A stretch of DNA of 64,000 nt. Source: Terracidiphilus sp. GTDB taxonomy: Bacteria; Acidobacteriota; Terriglobia; Terriglobales; Acidobacteriaceae. The notes under the pieces were generated by a model. That model had not been told where the DNA came from. It saw only the letters and a list, made by a program, of their open reading frames with translations, and searched no databases. Below are positions 48,337-56,879 of this stretch, one piece after another. Numbering within the stretch: the stretch's first letter is position 1; every line of letters begins with the position of its first letter. Made by a program: the position numbers and the translations under genes. The stretch lies in the NCBI GenBank assembly GCA_036488735.1, contig DASXHC010000031.1:27479-91478 (forward strand). Reading direction: 5' to 3'.

Positions 48337-49011
48337 ATGCAAATTCTCCAAGCTGGTTTGATTTTGACGCTGACTCTTACGCCGATCATACTGCGCGGTC
48401 AGACAAATGCCGCCGCACCGCAACCGGAGGCGCCGGCCGCCGTGGCCTCGGCGCCGGTAACGGCATCCTCCGTGTTGGAACCCGTGTTGACGCAGGTGCA
48501 GACCACTCTCACGTCTCTGAAGACAGACAAGTGGAAGAAGGGATCAGTGCGCGACGAGGCGGCGGAAAACGTTAAAGACGTACTCCACGATCTGCAGACC
48601 AATCTGCCGCCGCTGGTCAACGCGGCTGATGGAGCGCCCGGTGCGCTGAGCAAGGCCATTCCCCTCATGAAGCATCTTGACGCGCTCTACGACGTCATTC
48701 TGCGGATTGAGGAGGGGAGCCGCGTCTCTGCTCCCAGCGACCAGATTGACTCGCTGGAGCAGACGCTCAAGAGCTTCGGGACCGCGCGGATTACTTACTA
48801 CGACAGCCTGCAGCAGAGTGCGTCGGGCCAGGAAAAACAGGTCGTCGATCTGCAAGCCACGCTCAAGGCCCAACAGGCGGCAGCCCAAGAGGCCAAGCCG
48901 GCGCCGGCTCCTGTGCCCTGCACGCCGCCCAAGCCAACAGTCAAGAAAAAGAGACCTGCCCCGGCGAAGGCGCCGCCCGCAACGGCTCCCGCGCAGCCGA
49001 AAACTCCGTGA
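48337..49011 (+). CDS. exported hypothetical protein with Pro/Ala/Lys-rich C-terminus
   Basis: The ATG at 48337 gives signal peptide MQILQAGLILTLTLTPIILRGQT. The upstream 53 codons of ORF 48178..49011 have no signal-like or conserved character. Confidence 0.5.
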   Translation: MQILQAGLILTLTLTPIILRGQTNAAAPQPEAPAAVASAPVTASSVLEPVLTQVQTTLTSLKTDKWKKGSVRDEAAENVKDVLHDLQTNLPPLVNAADGAPGALSKAIPLMKHLDALYDVILRIEEGSRVSAPSDQIDSLEQTLKSFGTARITYYDSLQQSASGQEKQVVDLQATLKAQQAAAQEAKPAPAPVPCTPPKPTVKKKRPAPAKAPPATAPAQPKTP

Positions 49012-49021
49012 TGTATGCGGA

Positions 49022-50035
49022 CTAGCCTAACGGGCTGAATTTCACTGCGAGCTTGTCGAAGTCCACCGTGCCCAGGCCGCGATTCGCAGCCATCTGCAAG
49101 TAAGGCAGATGACCAGCATCGAGGTTCCAATATGCCTTGGCAACATAGGCGTCGAGAGCGACAGGGTCGGTGCTCGCGACGACGGTCTTCTTAAGGGCCA
49201 CGTCTTCGAGGTTGCCGCCGGTGGGGCCGTTACGAAGCAGGATGCGATAGCAGTCCATGATGGTAAGCGTCGGCAGCATGAACGCGGCAAGGTCGGCGAG
49301 GCTCTGGTGAATCTGCTGGTGGAGGCGGTTGCGTTCGCCACCGAGAATGCCGTACCAGTTCTTCATGCCCAGCGTGCAGCCGGTAAGACCGTGATGCTTG
49401 GCGATGGGCAGGTTGAGGATTTTGTCGGCCTCGAGAAACGGCGCGAACACTGGCCAGCTCTTCAGCGCGACTCCGCCCATATCGACTTCGCGGAAGAGTT
49501 CCGGATCGGGAAGGATCACTTCCGCACCTTCGGCCCGCGCGGCAGCCTGGATGCCAGAGCGCTGGAAACAACGGCGCGGCTCGTTGCAACTGACGTCTGT
49601 AACGATGACGCGTTTGGCGCCCGCCTGCCAGCATTGGCGCACCACCTCCGCGACCAGTTCAGGGTTGGTATTGGCAGCCTGCTCGGGTGTGCGATCCCAG
49701 GCAATGTTGGGCTTGATGACGACCACATCCTGGCGGGCGATGAAGCGGGACATCCCGCCGAGATCGGCTAACGCGCGTTGAACCAGAGCCCGGGGCTCAC
49801 CGCCCTGCACCACGCTCATATGCGGCAGTTGCGGATTTGCGGTTGTGCGATGATCGCGGCGGGCCTGTTCTGCCAGCGCAGGAACCGGGCGGGCGCTGCG
49901 GGTGCTGAGCCAATAGCCGCCGCCCGCGGCCACAGCCGCGATGCCGCCCGCGCGCAACACGTGAAGCATGGCTTCACGACGGGTGAGGCCCTGCGGCGGA
50001 TTCGGCACGTCGGATGTTTGGTTTTCCTTGGCCAT
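49022..50035 (-). CDS. Tat-signal DUF362 domain protein (paralogue B)
   Basis: From the ATG at 50035: MAKENQTSDVPNPPQGLTRREAMLHVLRAGGIAAVAAGGG, then the DUF362 pattern VVIKPNIAW...LPIAKHHGLTGCTLGMKNWYG...IMDCYRILLRNGPTGG...ASTDPVALD. Confidence 0.8.
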   Translation of the reverse strand: MAKENQTSDVPNPPQGLTRREAMLHVLRAGGIAAVAAGGGYWLSTRSARPVPALAEQARRDHRTTANPQLPHMSVVQGGEPRALVQRALADLGGMSRFIARQDVVVIKPNIAWDRTPEQAANTNPELVAEVVRQCWQAGAKRVIVTDVSCNEPRRCFQRSGIQAAARAEGAEVILPDPELFREVDMGGVALKSWPVFAPFLEADKILNLPIAKHHGLTGCTLGMKNWYGILGGERNRLHQQIHQSLADLAAFMLPTLTIMDCYRILLRNGPTGGNLEDVALKKTVVASTDPVALDAYVAKAYWNLDAGHLPYLQMAANRGLGTVDFDKLAVKFSPLG

Positions 50036-50126
50036 GGAGTTTCTTTTCACGCTGCCTTCGTTTTTGCGTTTCCACATCGTATTCGCCGAAGCAAACGCAA
50101 ATGGGGGCTCTCTTCCTGGTAAGCCG

Positions 50127-51134
50127 CTAGACCTCGAGCAGATGGATCTTCTGCGGGTCGTTAGTGCCGAGATTGTGCGCGGCATCGGCGGCCGTGGCAA
50201 TGTAGCGCGGCGGACGCCCAGCAGCCTCAAGTGTCTGGAAGCCGGACTCGGCGCGCTTGCGCTCGATCATTTGCCAGGCGGTGTGGTCGATGGCTACGCG
50301 GTCTTCGCCCACGACCAGCGCATTGGGGTACCACAGGCGCTCGGGATGAAAGCTGGGACCGCCATCGTATACAGACGACATGGCATCGCCGATGGTGAAG
50401 CGAACCTTCTCCCGGATCACCGGGATGCAATTGAGGTCGGCAACTCCGGGATTGCAACCCCCCGCATGCAGGTCAAAAGGCCGATCGACCACGCCGTACA
50501 TGTTCTTCATGGCAAAGGTCACCCCTGACATCTGGTGATCCTTGAGGATCGGCAATCCAATGACCATGGCGCATTCGCGCGTGAGTATTTTGGAGAGTTT
50601 GATTTTTGCGCTTCCCCAGCTTTCCTGATTGTCTTCGTATCCGGAGACATCGGAGCCGAAACAACGAACGCGGCTGGGGTCGGTGTTGAGGGTGAGGCCG
50701 CAGACCTGGAGGTCGCGGGCGTTGCGATCCCATACCAGGATATTGCCCGGCTTAACGCCGGCCTGCTGTAACCGCTCCGCGACGGCGAACACCAGGGCCG
50801 CGTGCGTAGAAATGCCCTTGCCGCCGAGCCCATTGGTCTTGAGACCGATGACCTTGCCCTCGGCATTGCCTTGCGCGATGATATGCTGCCAGGCTTCAAC
50901 AGGCTTGACGCGCCCGGTGTAGGAAGCGATGGCGCGGTCGAGAAGCTTCGCCACGCGCTTCTCATCGAGTTGGCCGGACCCATCATGCAGGGCAGCATCG
51001 CGGGCGATCACGACGCGCGATTTTCCCGCATCGGCATGCGCCTCAAGGGTTTTAGCCAGCGCCCATTTCCCTTGCGTCCCCAGTACCAGGGCCCCTGTGG
51101 CTGCTTCTTTCAAGAATTCACGGCGGCTTTCCAT
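50127..51134 (-). CDS. Tat-signal DUF362 domain protein (paralogue A)
   Basis: From the ATG at 51134: MESRREFLKEAATGALVLG (consensus S-R-R-x-F-L-K), then VIGLKTNG...LPILKDHQMSGVTFAMKNMYG...IGDAMSSVYDGGPS...GEDRVAID. Confidence 0.8.
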   Translation of the reverse strand: MESRREFLKEAATGALVLGTQGKWALAKTLEAHADAGKSRVVIARDAALHDGSGQLDEKRVAKLLDRAIASYTGRVKPVEAWQHIIAQGNAEGKVIGLKTNGLGGKGISTHAALVFAVAERLQQAGVKPGNILVWDRNARDLQVCGLTLNTDPSRVRCFGSDVSGYEDNQESWGSAKIKLSKILTRECAMVIGLPILKDHQMSGVTFAMKNMYGVVDRPFDLHAGGCNPGVADLNCIPVIREKVRFTIGDAMSSVYDGGPSFHPERLWYPNALVVGEDRVAIDHTAWQMIERKRAESGFQTLEAAGRPPRYIATAADAAHNLGTNDPQKIHLLEV

Positions 51135-51183
51135 GGCGAACCTCGCGATCGGTTGGCGGCGAGCGACTCCTCGCCGGGCGGTT

Positions 51184-51681
51184 TTACAACTTGGCTTCGA
51201 CAGCGTGAGCCAGGGCCAGCAGTGCCTGTTGCGTATCCGCTCCTCCCTGATAACCAACGATGCGGACAAGATATGGGCCCTTGCGGAAAGCGACACTTTG
51301 CGCGTAGGCGAAACCGCCATCGCCAAGCTGCACCGTCTTCCCGTCGGCCGATTGGGCATTCTTCAGAATTTTGACCGCACCCGCGTCGTCCTTCATGGTG
51401 TTCACGTCGACCACCGCTTCGAGCTTGGACTGGTAGTTGTAATCGGACGTGGACGTGGAGACGACGCCCGCCTGGATGTACTGCTCCGAATCGCCGTCGA
51501 TATATTGCCACAGGTCCTTGGCATCAAAGACGCGGGTATCGCCGCTCTTCTGCCAACCGGAAACTTCGCCCGACGCGGGAAATGGATTCACGACATGTTT
51601 CTTGCATGCAGACAAACTGAAAGCGGCGACCAAGGCCAGCGCGACAACACCGAGTTTCAAACCATGGGAATGAATGTGCAC
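51184..51681 (-). CDS. lipoprotein of unknown function
   Basis: GTG start 8 nt after AAGGAG. Lipobox AAFSLSAC. 165 aa. Sits 29 nt after the polyferredoxin gene. Confidence 0.65.
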   Translation of the reverse strand: MHIHSHGLKLGVVALALVAAFSLSACKKHVVNPFPASGEVSGWQKSGDTRVFDAKDLWQYIDGDSEQYIQAGVVSTSTSDYNYQSKLEAVVDVNTMKDDAGAVKILKNAQSADGKTVQLGDGGFAYAQSVAFRKGPYLVRIVGYQGGADTQQALLALAHAVEAKL

Positions 51682-51710
51682 GAAACTAACTCCTTTGACC
51701 CGTAGGCCCC

Positions 51711-53447
51711 TTACTTACGGTTAAGCAGAATTTGGCTGCTGGGGGAGCGGCTTTCGCCGATGCTGGTGACGTAGACGGCGGGCCTCTCCTGCAGTGGGCA
51801 GGCATACTCGCACGCGCCACAGCCGACACAACGGCTGGGATCGACGCGCGGCTGCTTGAGGCGTTTGGTGTTGCCCGCGGAGTCGATGACATCGGCTTCC
51901 TCGACATAAATTGCCTTGGGCGAAACGGGGCACCATTCTTCGCAGACGATGCACTCGGTGGCCTCGCCCCAGGGCAGGCAGCGCCCGCGGTCGTAGAAGG
52001 CTGTGCCGAGGCGAACCGGCTGACCGGCCTGCGCATTCACCCCTACCACCCATCCTTTTTCCCGGGCCGTGATCTGCCAGATGGCGCCGGTTGGGCAAAC
52101 GTCTGAACAGAGCACGCAGCTGGGCTCGCAATAGCCGATGCGCGGCACCAGCATGGGCGTCCACAAGCCCTGCAAGCCGGCTTCATCGAGGGTCGGATGG
52201 AGCGAATTGTTGGGACACACCTTCATGCACTCGCCGCAACGAATGCAGCGAGAAAGAAATTCCGTCTCATCGAGTGACCCCGGCGGACGCAACAGGCGGT
52301 CATGACGGCCCTTGCCCAAGCCGGTGTTGGCACGCATCAGCGGAACCGCGGCGGCTCCCGCAGCCAGCCCGGTAAGGGTCTTGCGGCGATTGAGGTCGGG
52401 CGAAGCCACCTCGCGCTCGTTGCGGAAGAACTTGAACTTAAGGCTTTGATCCGGACAAGCGCCCACGCAGTTCATGCACATGAGGCACTCGGACTTGCGC
52501 CACGGCACGCCGCCAATGGGATCGTCGCCGCCCTGGCAATTCAAGAGGCAGCGGTTGCAATGATTGCAAGTGGTTTCGTCCTTATGCAGACCCAGCAGCG
52601 AAAAACGCGAGGCGACGCCGAGCAATGCTCCCAGCGGGCAGATGGAGCGGCACCACAGCCGCGTGACGCGCAGGCTGGCCGACAGGATGACAAGGAAAAG
52701 ACAGCCAAGCACGAGGCCCTGGGCGAAGTGGGTTTGACGGAAATCGAGAATCGTGGCCTGCAACACGCTATGCGCCACCGTACCCGTTGTCTTGATCGCC
52801 GCGACGTGACTGTGTTCGAGCGGGGCGAGCACGGCGCGCGCCGCGAAGTTGAACGCGGGCAGAAGCGCCAGCCCGACCGAGCGAACGAGGAGACTGAAAG
52901 GATCAAGCCAGCCCAGCGCCATGGACCCAAAGCAGGCGGCCACCAGGCCGGCAATCAGGACCACATACTTCACCGTCTGCCAGCCTTTGTAGCGATTGGA
53001 TTCGATGCGCTGCTTTCCGCGTTTGGCTTCGGAATGCATAGTGCCGATCCAGTGCTGCATCGTGCCCAGGGGACAGATCCATCCGCAGAAAAAGCGGCCC
53101 AGAAGGATGGTGGGGACCAGGACGACGAGACTCAACAGCAGGCCGCGATAGAGAGCGTGGCTGGCCAGCGCGTTGGAGAGGGCGACCAGCGGATCGATCA
53201 GAAAAAACAGGCGAACCGGGGCGCGCAGATGGATGTCCCCGGTCCCGCCCGGGGAGGGACGCAGGGAAGTGAAGATGAGCAGGGCCATGAAGACCAACAG
53301 AAAGAAGATCTGCGAGATCCTGCGCCACCGCGGCAATCGGGAACGGGCCACGAAACTCCTCCGCGCAGATCTTGCGCACGAAGCCAGTCTGAATGCGCCG
53401 GGAAGACTCCTGCGAGTGATCCAACGAAATCTCGAGGCGCATCGCAT
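51711..53447 (-). CDS. membrane polyferredoxin: NapH/MauN-like integral-membrane domain fused to a NapG-like 4x[4Fe-4S] domain
   Basis: TM helices carry CGWICPLG and CRSICPLG (CX3CP) motifs. Next come the clusters CNHCNRCLLNC and CLMCMNCVGACP. An internal NRRKTLTGLAAGAAAVPL segment follows. The C-terminal part holds CIRCGECMKVCP, CVLCSDVCP, CIVCEEWCP and CVGCGACEYACP. Confidence 0.85.
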   Translation of the reverse strand: MRCASRFRWITRRSLPGAFRLASCARSARRSFVARSRLPRWRRISQIFFLLVFMALLIFTSLRPSPGGTGDIHLRAPVRLFFLIDPLVALSNALASHALYRGLLLSLVVLVPTILLGRFFCGWICPLGTMQHWIGTMHSEAKRGKQRIESNRYKGWQTVKYVVLIAGLVAACFGSMALGWLDPFSLLVRSVGLALLPAFNFAARAVLAPLEHSHVAAIKTTGTVAHSVLQATILDFRQTHFAQGLVLGCLFLVILSASLRVTRLWCRSICPLGALLGVASRFSLLGLHKDETTCNHCNRCLLNCQGGDDPIGGVPWRKSECLMCMNCVGACPDQSLKFKFFRNEREVASPDLNRRKTLTGLAAGAAAVPLMRANTGLGKGRHDRLLRPPGSLDETEFLSRCIRCGECMKVCPNNSLHPTLDEAGLQGLWTPMLVPRIGYCEPSCVLCSDVCPTGAIWQITAREKGWVVGVNAQAGQPVRLGTAFYDRGRCLPWGEATECIVCEEWCPVSPKAIYVEEADVIDSAGNTKRLKQPRVDPSRCVGCGACEYACPLQERPAVYVTSIGESRSPSSQILLNRK

Positions 53448-53667
53448 GGAATGCGTTTTATTCAGGCCCGTTGAAAAACGGCATTGTGCCTGCCAATCGA
53501 TAGGCGATGCTTAAGAAAATCGATTTCCTGCGCCGGAATCACACGAGCGCACGCTGTCCATGTACTCAATATGATTGAGGTTTGAGCAGCCCGCAGACAG
53601 TGATGGTCATCACCTGGAACCGCTGTGTCAGGAGCGGCAGCACCCGATCTTCGCTCGAGCTCACAGC

Positions 53668-54414
53668 TCAGAGCCGATTGATCAGGGTGGCGATGCAGGC
53701 GGCTCCGAAACCATTGTCGATATTGACCACGCAGACATTGGGCGAGCAGGTGTTCAACATGCCGAGCAGTGCGGCAACCCCGCCAAACGACGCTCCATAG
53801 CCAACGCTGGTAGGCACTGCCAGCACCGGCGCATTGACCAGGCCGCCCACCACTGTGGGCAGGGCGCCTTCCATGCCGGCGCACACGATGAGAACGCGCG
53901 CCGACTGCAGCGATGTGCGCTGTGCAAGCAGGCGATGAATGCCGGCCACGCCGACGTCGGCGATGAGTTCCACGGTGTTGCCCATCAGGCGGGCGGTAAC
54001 CACCGCCTCTTCCGCGACCGGAAGATCGCTGGTGCCGGCGCAGACTACCGCGATCGTTCCCTTGCCCGGCGTGGGCGGCGCCTGTTCCAGCGTAATGGCG
54101 CGCGCGGTTTCGTGGTACGTGGCGCGCGGTTCGAGAGCCATCACGGCATCGAAGCACTCACGGGACGCGCGCGTGGCCAGCACATTGCCTCCGGCCTGCG
54201 CCATGCGGGCAAAGATCGCGGCCACTTGCGTTGCCGTTTTACCCGACGCGAAGATGACCTCCGGCATGCCGGTGCGCAGGGCGCGATGGTGGTCCAGCTT
54301 GGCAAACCCGAGATCCTCAAACGGCAAGTCGCGGAGGCGGTCCATGGCATCCGGCACCGGGGTGCGTCCTTCGCGCACCTCATTCAAAAGCGCCTCGATC
54401 TGTGCGCGATTCAT
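53668..54414 (-). CDS. larB: nickel-pincer cofactor biosynthesis protein LarB (PurE-like carboxylase/hydrolase)
   Basis: From the ATG at 54414 (ATGA overlap with the larC stop): ...FAKLDHHRALRTGMPEVIFASGKT...IAVVCAGTSDLPVAEEA...VCAGMEGALPTVVGGL...AVPTSVGYG. Confidence 0.9.
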   Translation of the reverse strand: MNRAQIEALLNEVREGRTPVPDAMDRLRDLPFEDLGFAKLDHHRALRTGMPEVIFASGKTATQVAAIFARMAQAGGNVLATRASRECFDAVMALEPRATYHETARAITLEQAPPTPGKGTIAVVCAGTSDLPVAEEAVVTARLMGNTVELIADVGVAGIHRLLAQRTSLQSARVLIVCAGMEGALPTVVGGLVNAPVLAVPTSVGYGASFGGVAALLGMLNTCSPNVCVVNIDNGFGAACIATLINRL

Positions 54415-55871
54415 CAGCGATCCTTCCTGACTGTTGCGGGGAGTGCAGCGAAGAGGCGCGCGGCCTCTTGCATGACTTGCTTGAGCGGGAGAGAGTGTTG
54501 CGCGGCGAGCTTGCGGCAATCTTCGTACTCGGGAGACGCGTTGGCAATTTCACCGGAGGGCCAGCGCGCGATCTTGATCTGCACCGGACCCCATGCCGTT
54601 TCCACTGCGGCGAATTCACGCGCCAAGGCAATTTTGTTCTCGATGCGCCAGTGCAGGCCGATGGTTGTGGTTTCGCGAAACAGGATATCGCGCATTGCGG
54701 GCACCAGTTCGGGACTGGCCAGCACGGTTAATTGGATGCCGGTGCGGCCCTTCTTCATTTGTACTGGGATGCGATAAACATCCCAAGCGCCGGAGGCAAG
54801 CAACAATTCGCTGACATACGCCAGCACTTGCGGAGTGGAATCGTCGATCACTGTCTCAATGATCGCGATGGGCGCAACGGCGGACGTTTCTTCGCTTGCT
54901 TCGCCAACCAGAACACGCACCAGGTTCGGCTGGCCGGGCGTGTCGCGGCCCCCGGCGCCGTATCCCCTGGCTGTGACGCGCATGGCAGGCAAGGATGCAT
55001 ATTCCACGTTGAGCATGCGAAGAAGAGTGGCTCCTGTGGGCGTGACGCGCTCCATGGGAGGTCCGGCTGCATAGACGGGCGCATTGCCTAACAGCGCGAG
55101 CGTGGCGGGAGCAGGCACGGGCAGTGTGCCATGTGCGCAATCTACTGTGCCGCTGCCCACGTTGAGCGGTGAGGCGAGCCAGCGGTCGACACCCAGGTAT
55201 ACGGCCGCCGCGGCTGCGCACACGATGTCCACGATGGTGTCGACGGCGCCGACTTCATGGAAATGCACGCGCTCAACCGGAATGGAATGGATCGCAGCCT
55301 CGGCCTCGCCCAGCATCTGGAAAGCGCGCGCCGCGTTGCCCTTCACTGCATCGGGGAGAGATGCGTCGCGAAGGATGGCAAGAATCGTCGAGAGGGAGCG
55401 ATGGTGCCCATGTTCATGCGCATGAGTATGTGTATGGGAGTGAGTATGCGTATCCGCCGGCCCGTGCGTGTGCTCGTGCTCATGCGTGTGCTCGTGCGTG
55501 TGCTGGTGCAGGGGCGCAGGAGCATCCTCATGCAAATGCGCGTGCGAGTGTTCATGGGTATGTTCATGCGCATGATGGTGAACATCAGAATCCGCATGCG
55601 CATGGGTGTGCGCTTCGTGGGTGTGTTCTCCCGATGCGGAGTGGTCATGCGCATGATTTGCGTCATGCGCCTGGTCCTCCGCGGTAATGACGTCGACCTT
55701 GGTCCCGGTCAAACCGCCGCGCATCACTTTGCGGGATTCGAGACGAGCGCCGACATTGAGCGAAGCGGTAATTTCCGCAAGATGACTGAGGGGAACTCCG
55801 GCGTCGACGAAAGCTCCCAGCAGCATGTCGCCGCTGATGCCGGAAAAGCATTCCAAATATCCAATACGCAT
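54414..55871 (-). CDS. larC: nickel insertion protein LarC (DUF111) with a greatly expanded His-rich region
   Basis: MRIGYLECFSGISGDMLLGAFVDAG N-terminus and HFHEVGAVDTIVDIV. 485 aa. Residues about 68-157 contain 36 His. Confidence 0.9.
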   Translation of the reverse strand: MRIGYLECFSGISGDMLLGAFVDAGVPLSHLAEITASLNVGARLESRKVMRGGLTGTKVDVITAEDQAHDANHAHDHSASGEHTHEAHTHAHADSDVHHHAHEHTHEHSHAHLHEDAPAPLHQHTHEHTHEHEHTHGPADTHTHSHTHTHAHEHGHHRSLSTILAILRDASLPDAVKGNAARAFQMLGEAEAAIHSIPVERVHFHEVGAVDTIVDIVCAAAAAVYLGVDRWLASPLNVGSGTVDCAHGTLPVPAPATLALLGNAPVYAAGPPMERVTPTGATLLRMLNVEYASLPAMRVTARGYGAGGRDTPGQPNLVRVLVGEASEETSAVAPIAIIETVIDDSTPQVLAYVSELLLASGAWDVYRIPVQMKKGRTGIQLTVLASPELVPAMRDILFRETTTIGLHWRIENKIALAREFAAVETAWGPVQIKIARWPSGEIANASPEYEDCRKLAAQHSLPLKQVMQEAARLFAALPATVRKDR

Positions 55872-55916
55872 CGAGGCTGATTTTACGGTATTTGGAACGG
55901 TAGTGTGTAGAGGGGA

Positions 55917-56789
55917 TCAGGCGCCGCGCCGCAACAAGACATCGGCGGGCAGAATGGCGTTCATCGAACCGGAACGAAATCCAGCGCAATCCAGGGTCAC
56001 ATACTTGAAGCCGAGATTGCGCAGGTTCGCGGTGATGGCGTCGAGCGTTTCCATGGTCAGCGCGCGCGGCATCTCCGCGCGGGCTATTTCGACGCGGGCC
56101 AGCTCCCCGTGGTGTCGTACGCGAAATTCCCGGAAACCCAGTTGCCGCATGCTCTCTTCGCCACGCTCCACCTGCTCCAGAACTTCGCGAGTTACGGTAC
56201 GGCCATACTCTACTCTTGAAGAGAGACACGGCGCAGCGGGACGGTCCCACAGCGGATACCCCGCAGCTTTGGCGAGGGCGCGCACTTCAAGCTTGGTCAA
56301 GCCCGCATCCGCCAGGGGCGCAAGCACTTCGTGCTCCTGCGCGGCACGCTGGCCGGGCCGAAAGTCGCGCGTGTCGTCCACGTTCATGCCATACGCGATA
56401 TTGGTGAAGCCAAGTTCGGCTCCCAAGGCTTTCATGCCGTCGAAAAGCTCCGTCTTGCAGTGGAAGCAGCGGTTGGCATCGTTGCGCTGATATTCGGGCT
56501 TCTCGAGTTCTTCGGTGAGGATGACGCGCAGCGGCATATTGATCGAGACGGCGAAGGCGCTGGCCTGTTCCATATCGCGGCGCGCGAGGCTGGGCGAGTC
56601 GGCCAGCACGGCAAGCATGCGGTCGCCGAGCACGCGATGCGCAGTGGCCGCAAGATAAGCCGAATCCACGCCGCCCGAATAGGCAACCATCACGCTGCCC
56701 AATCGCTGAAGCTCACTCTCAAGCGCTTGGAGCTTGCTTGTTGTGTCGGTTGATAACTGGGGAAGACCGGTTTGCGCAGGCGCCGCCAT
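55917..56789 (-). CDS. larE: ATP-dependent sacrificial sulfur transferase LarE (PP-loop ATPase)
   Basis: PP-loop VAYSGGVDSAYLA and a conserved Cys in AAPCLSSRV. 290 aa. Lies 45 nt upstream of larC. Confidence 0.85.
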   Translation of the reverse strand: MAAPAQTGLPQLSTDTTSKLQALESELQRLGSVMVAYSGGVDSAYLAATAHRVLGDRMLAVLADSPSLARRDMEQASAFAVSINMPLRVILTEELEKPEYQRNDANRCFHCKTELFDGMKALGAELGFTNIAYGMNVDDTRDFRPGQRAAQEHEVLAPLADAGLTKLEVRALAKAAGYPLWDRPAAPCLSSRVEYGRTVTREVLEQVERGEESMRQLGFREFRVRHHGELARVEIARAEMPRALTMETLDAITANLRNLGFKYVTLDCAGFRSGSMNAILPADVLLRRGA

Positions 56790-56879
56790 GGGGCCGATTA
56801 TACCTGCAGACAGATGCCAAACGCACGAAAGCCGGGAGGCCCTCCCGGCTTTCGCCGCAGTTGCAGCGCGCTGAAACGT

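Noticed and set aside
53575-54777. 400-aa plus-strand ORF spanning larB/larC
   Set aside because: It is antisense to two genes with clear LarB and LarC motifs. It has no start context or domains.
55169-55880. Plus-strand ORFs over the larC His-rich region (172 aa, 207 aa) and a minus-frame 107-aa ORF
   Set aside because: They are frame artefacts of the CAT/CAC/GTG-rich repeat DNA encoding the LarC poly-His segment.
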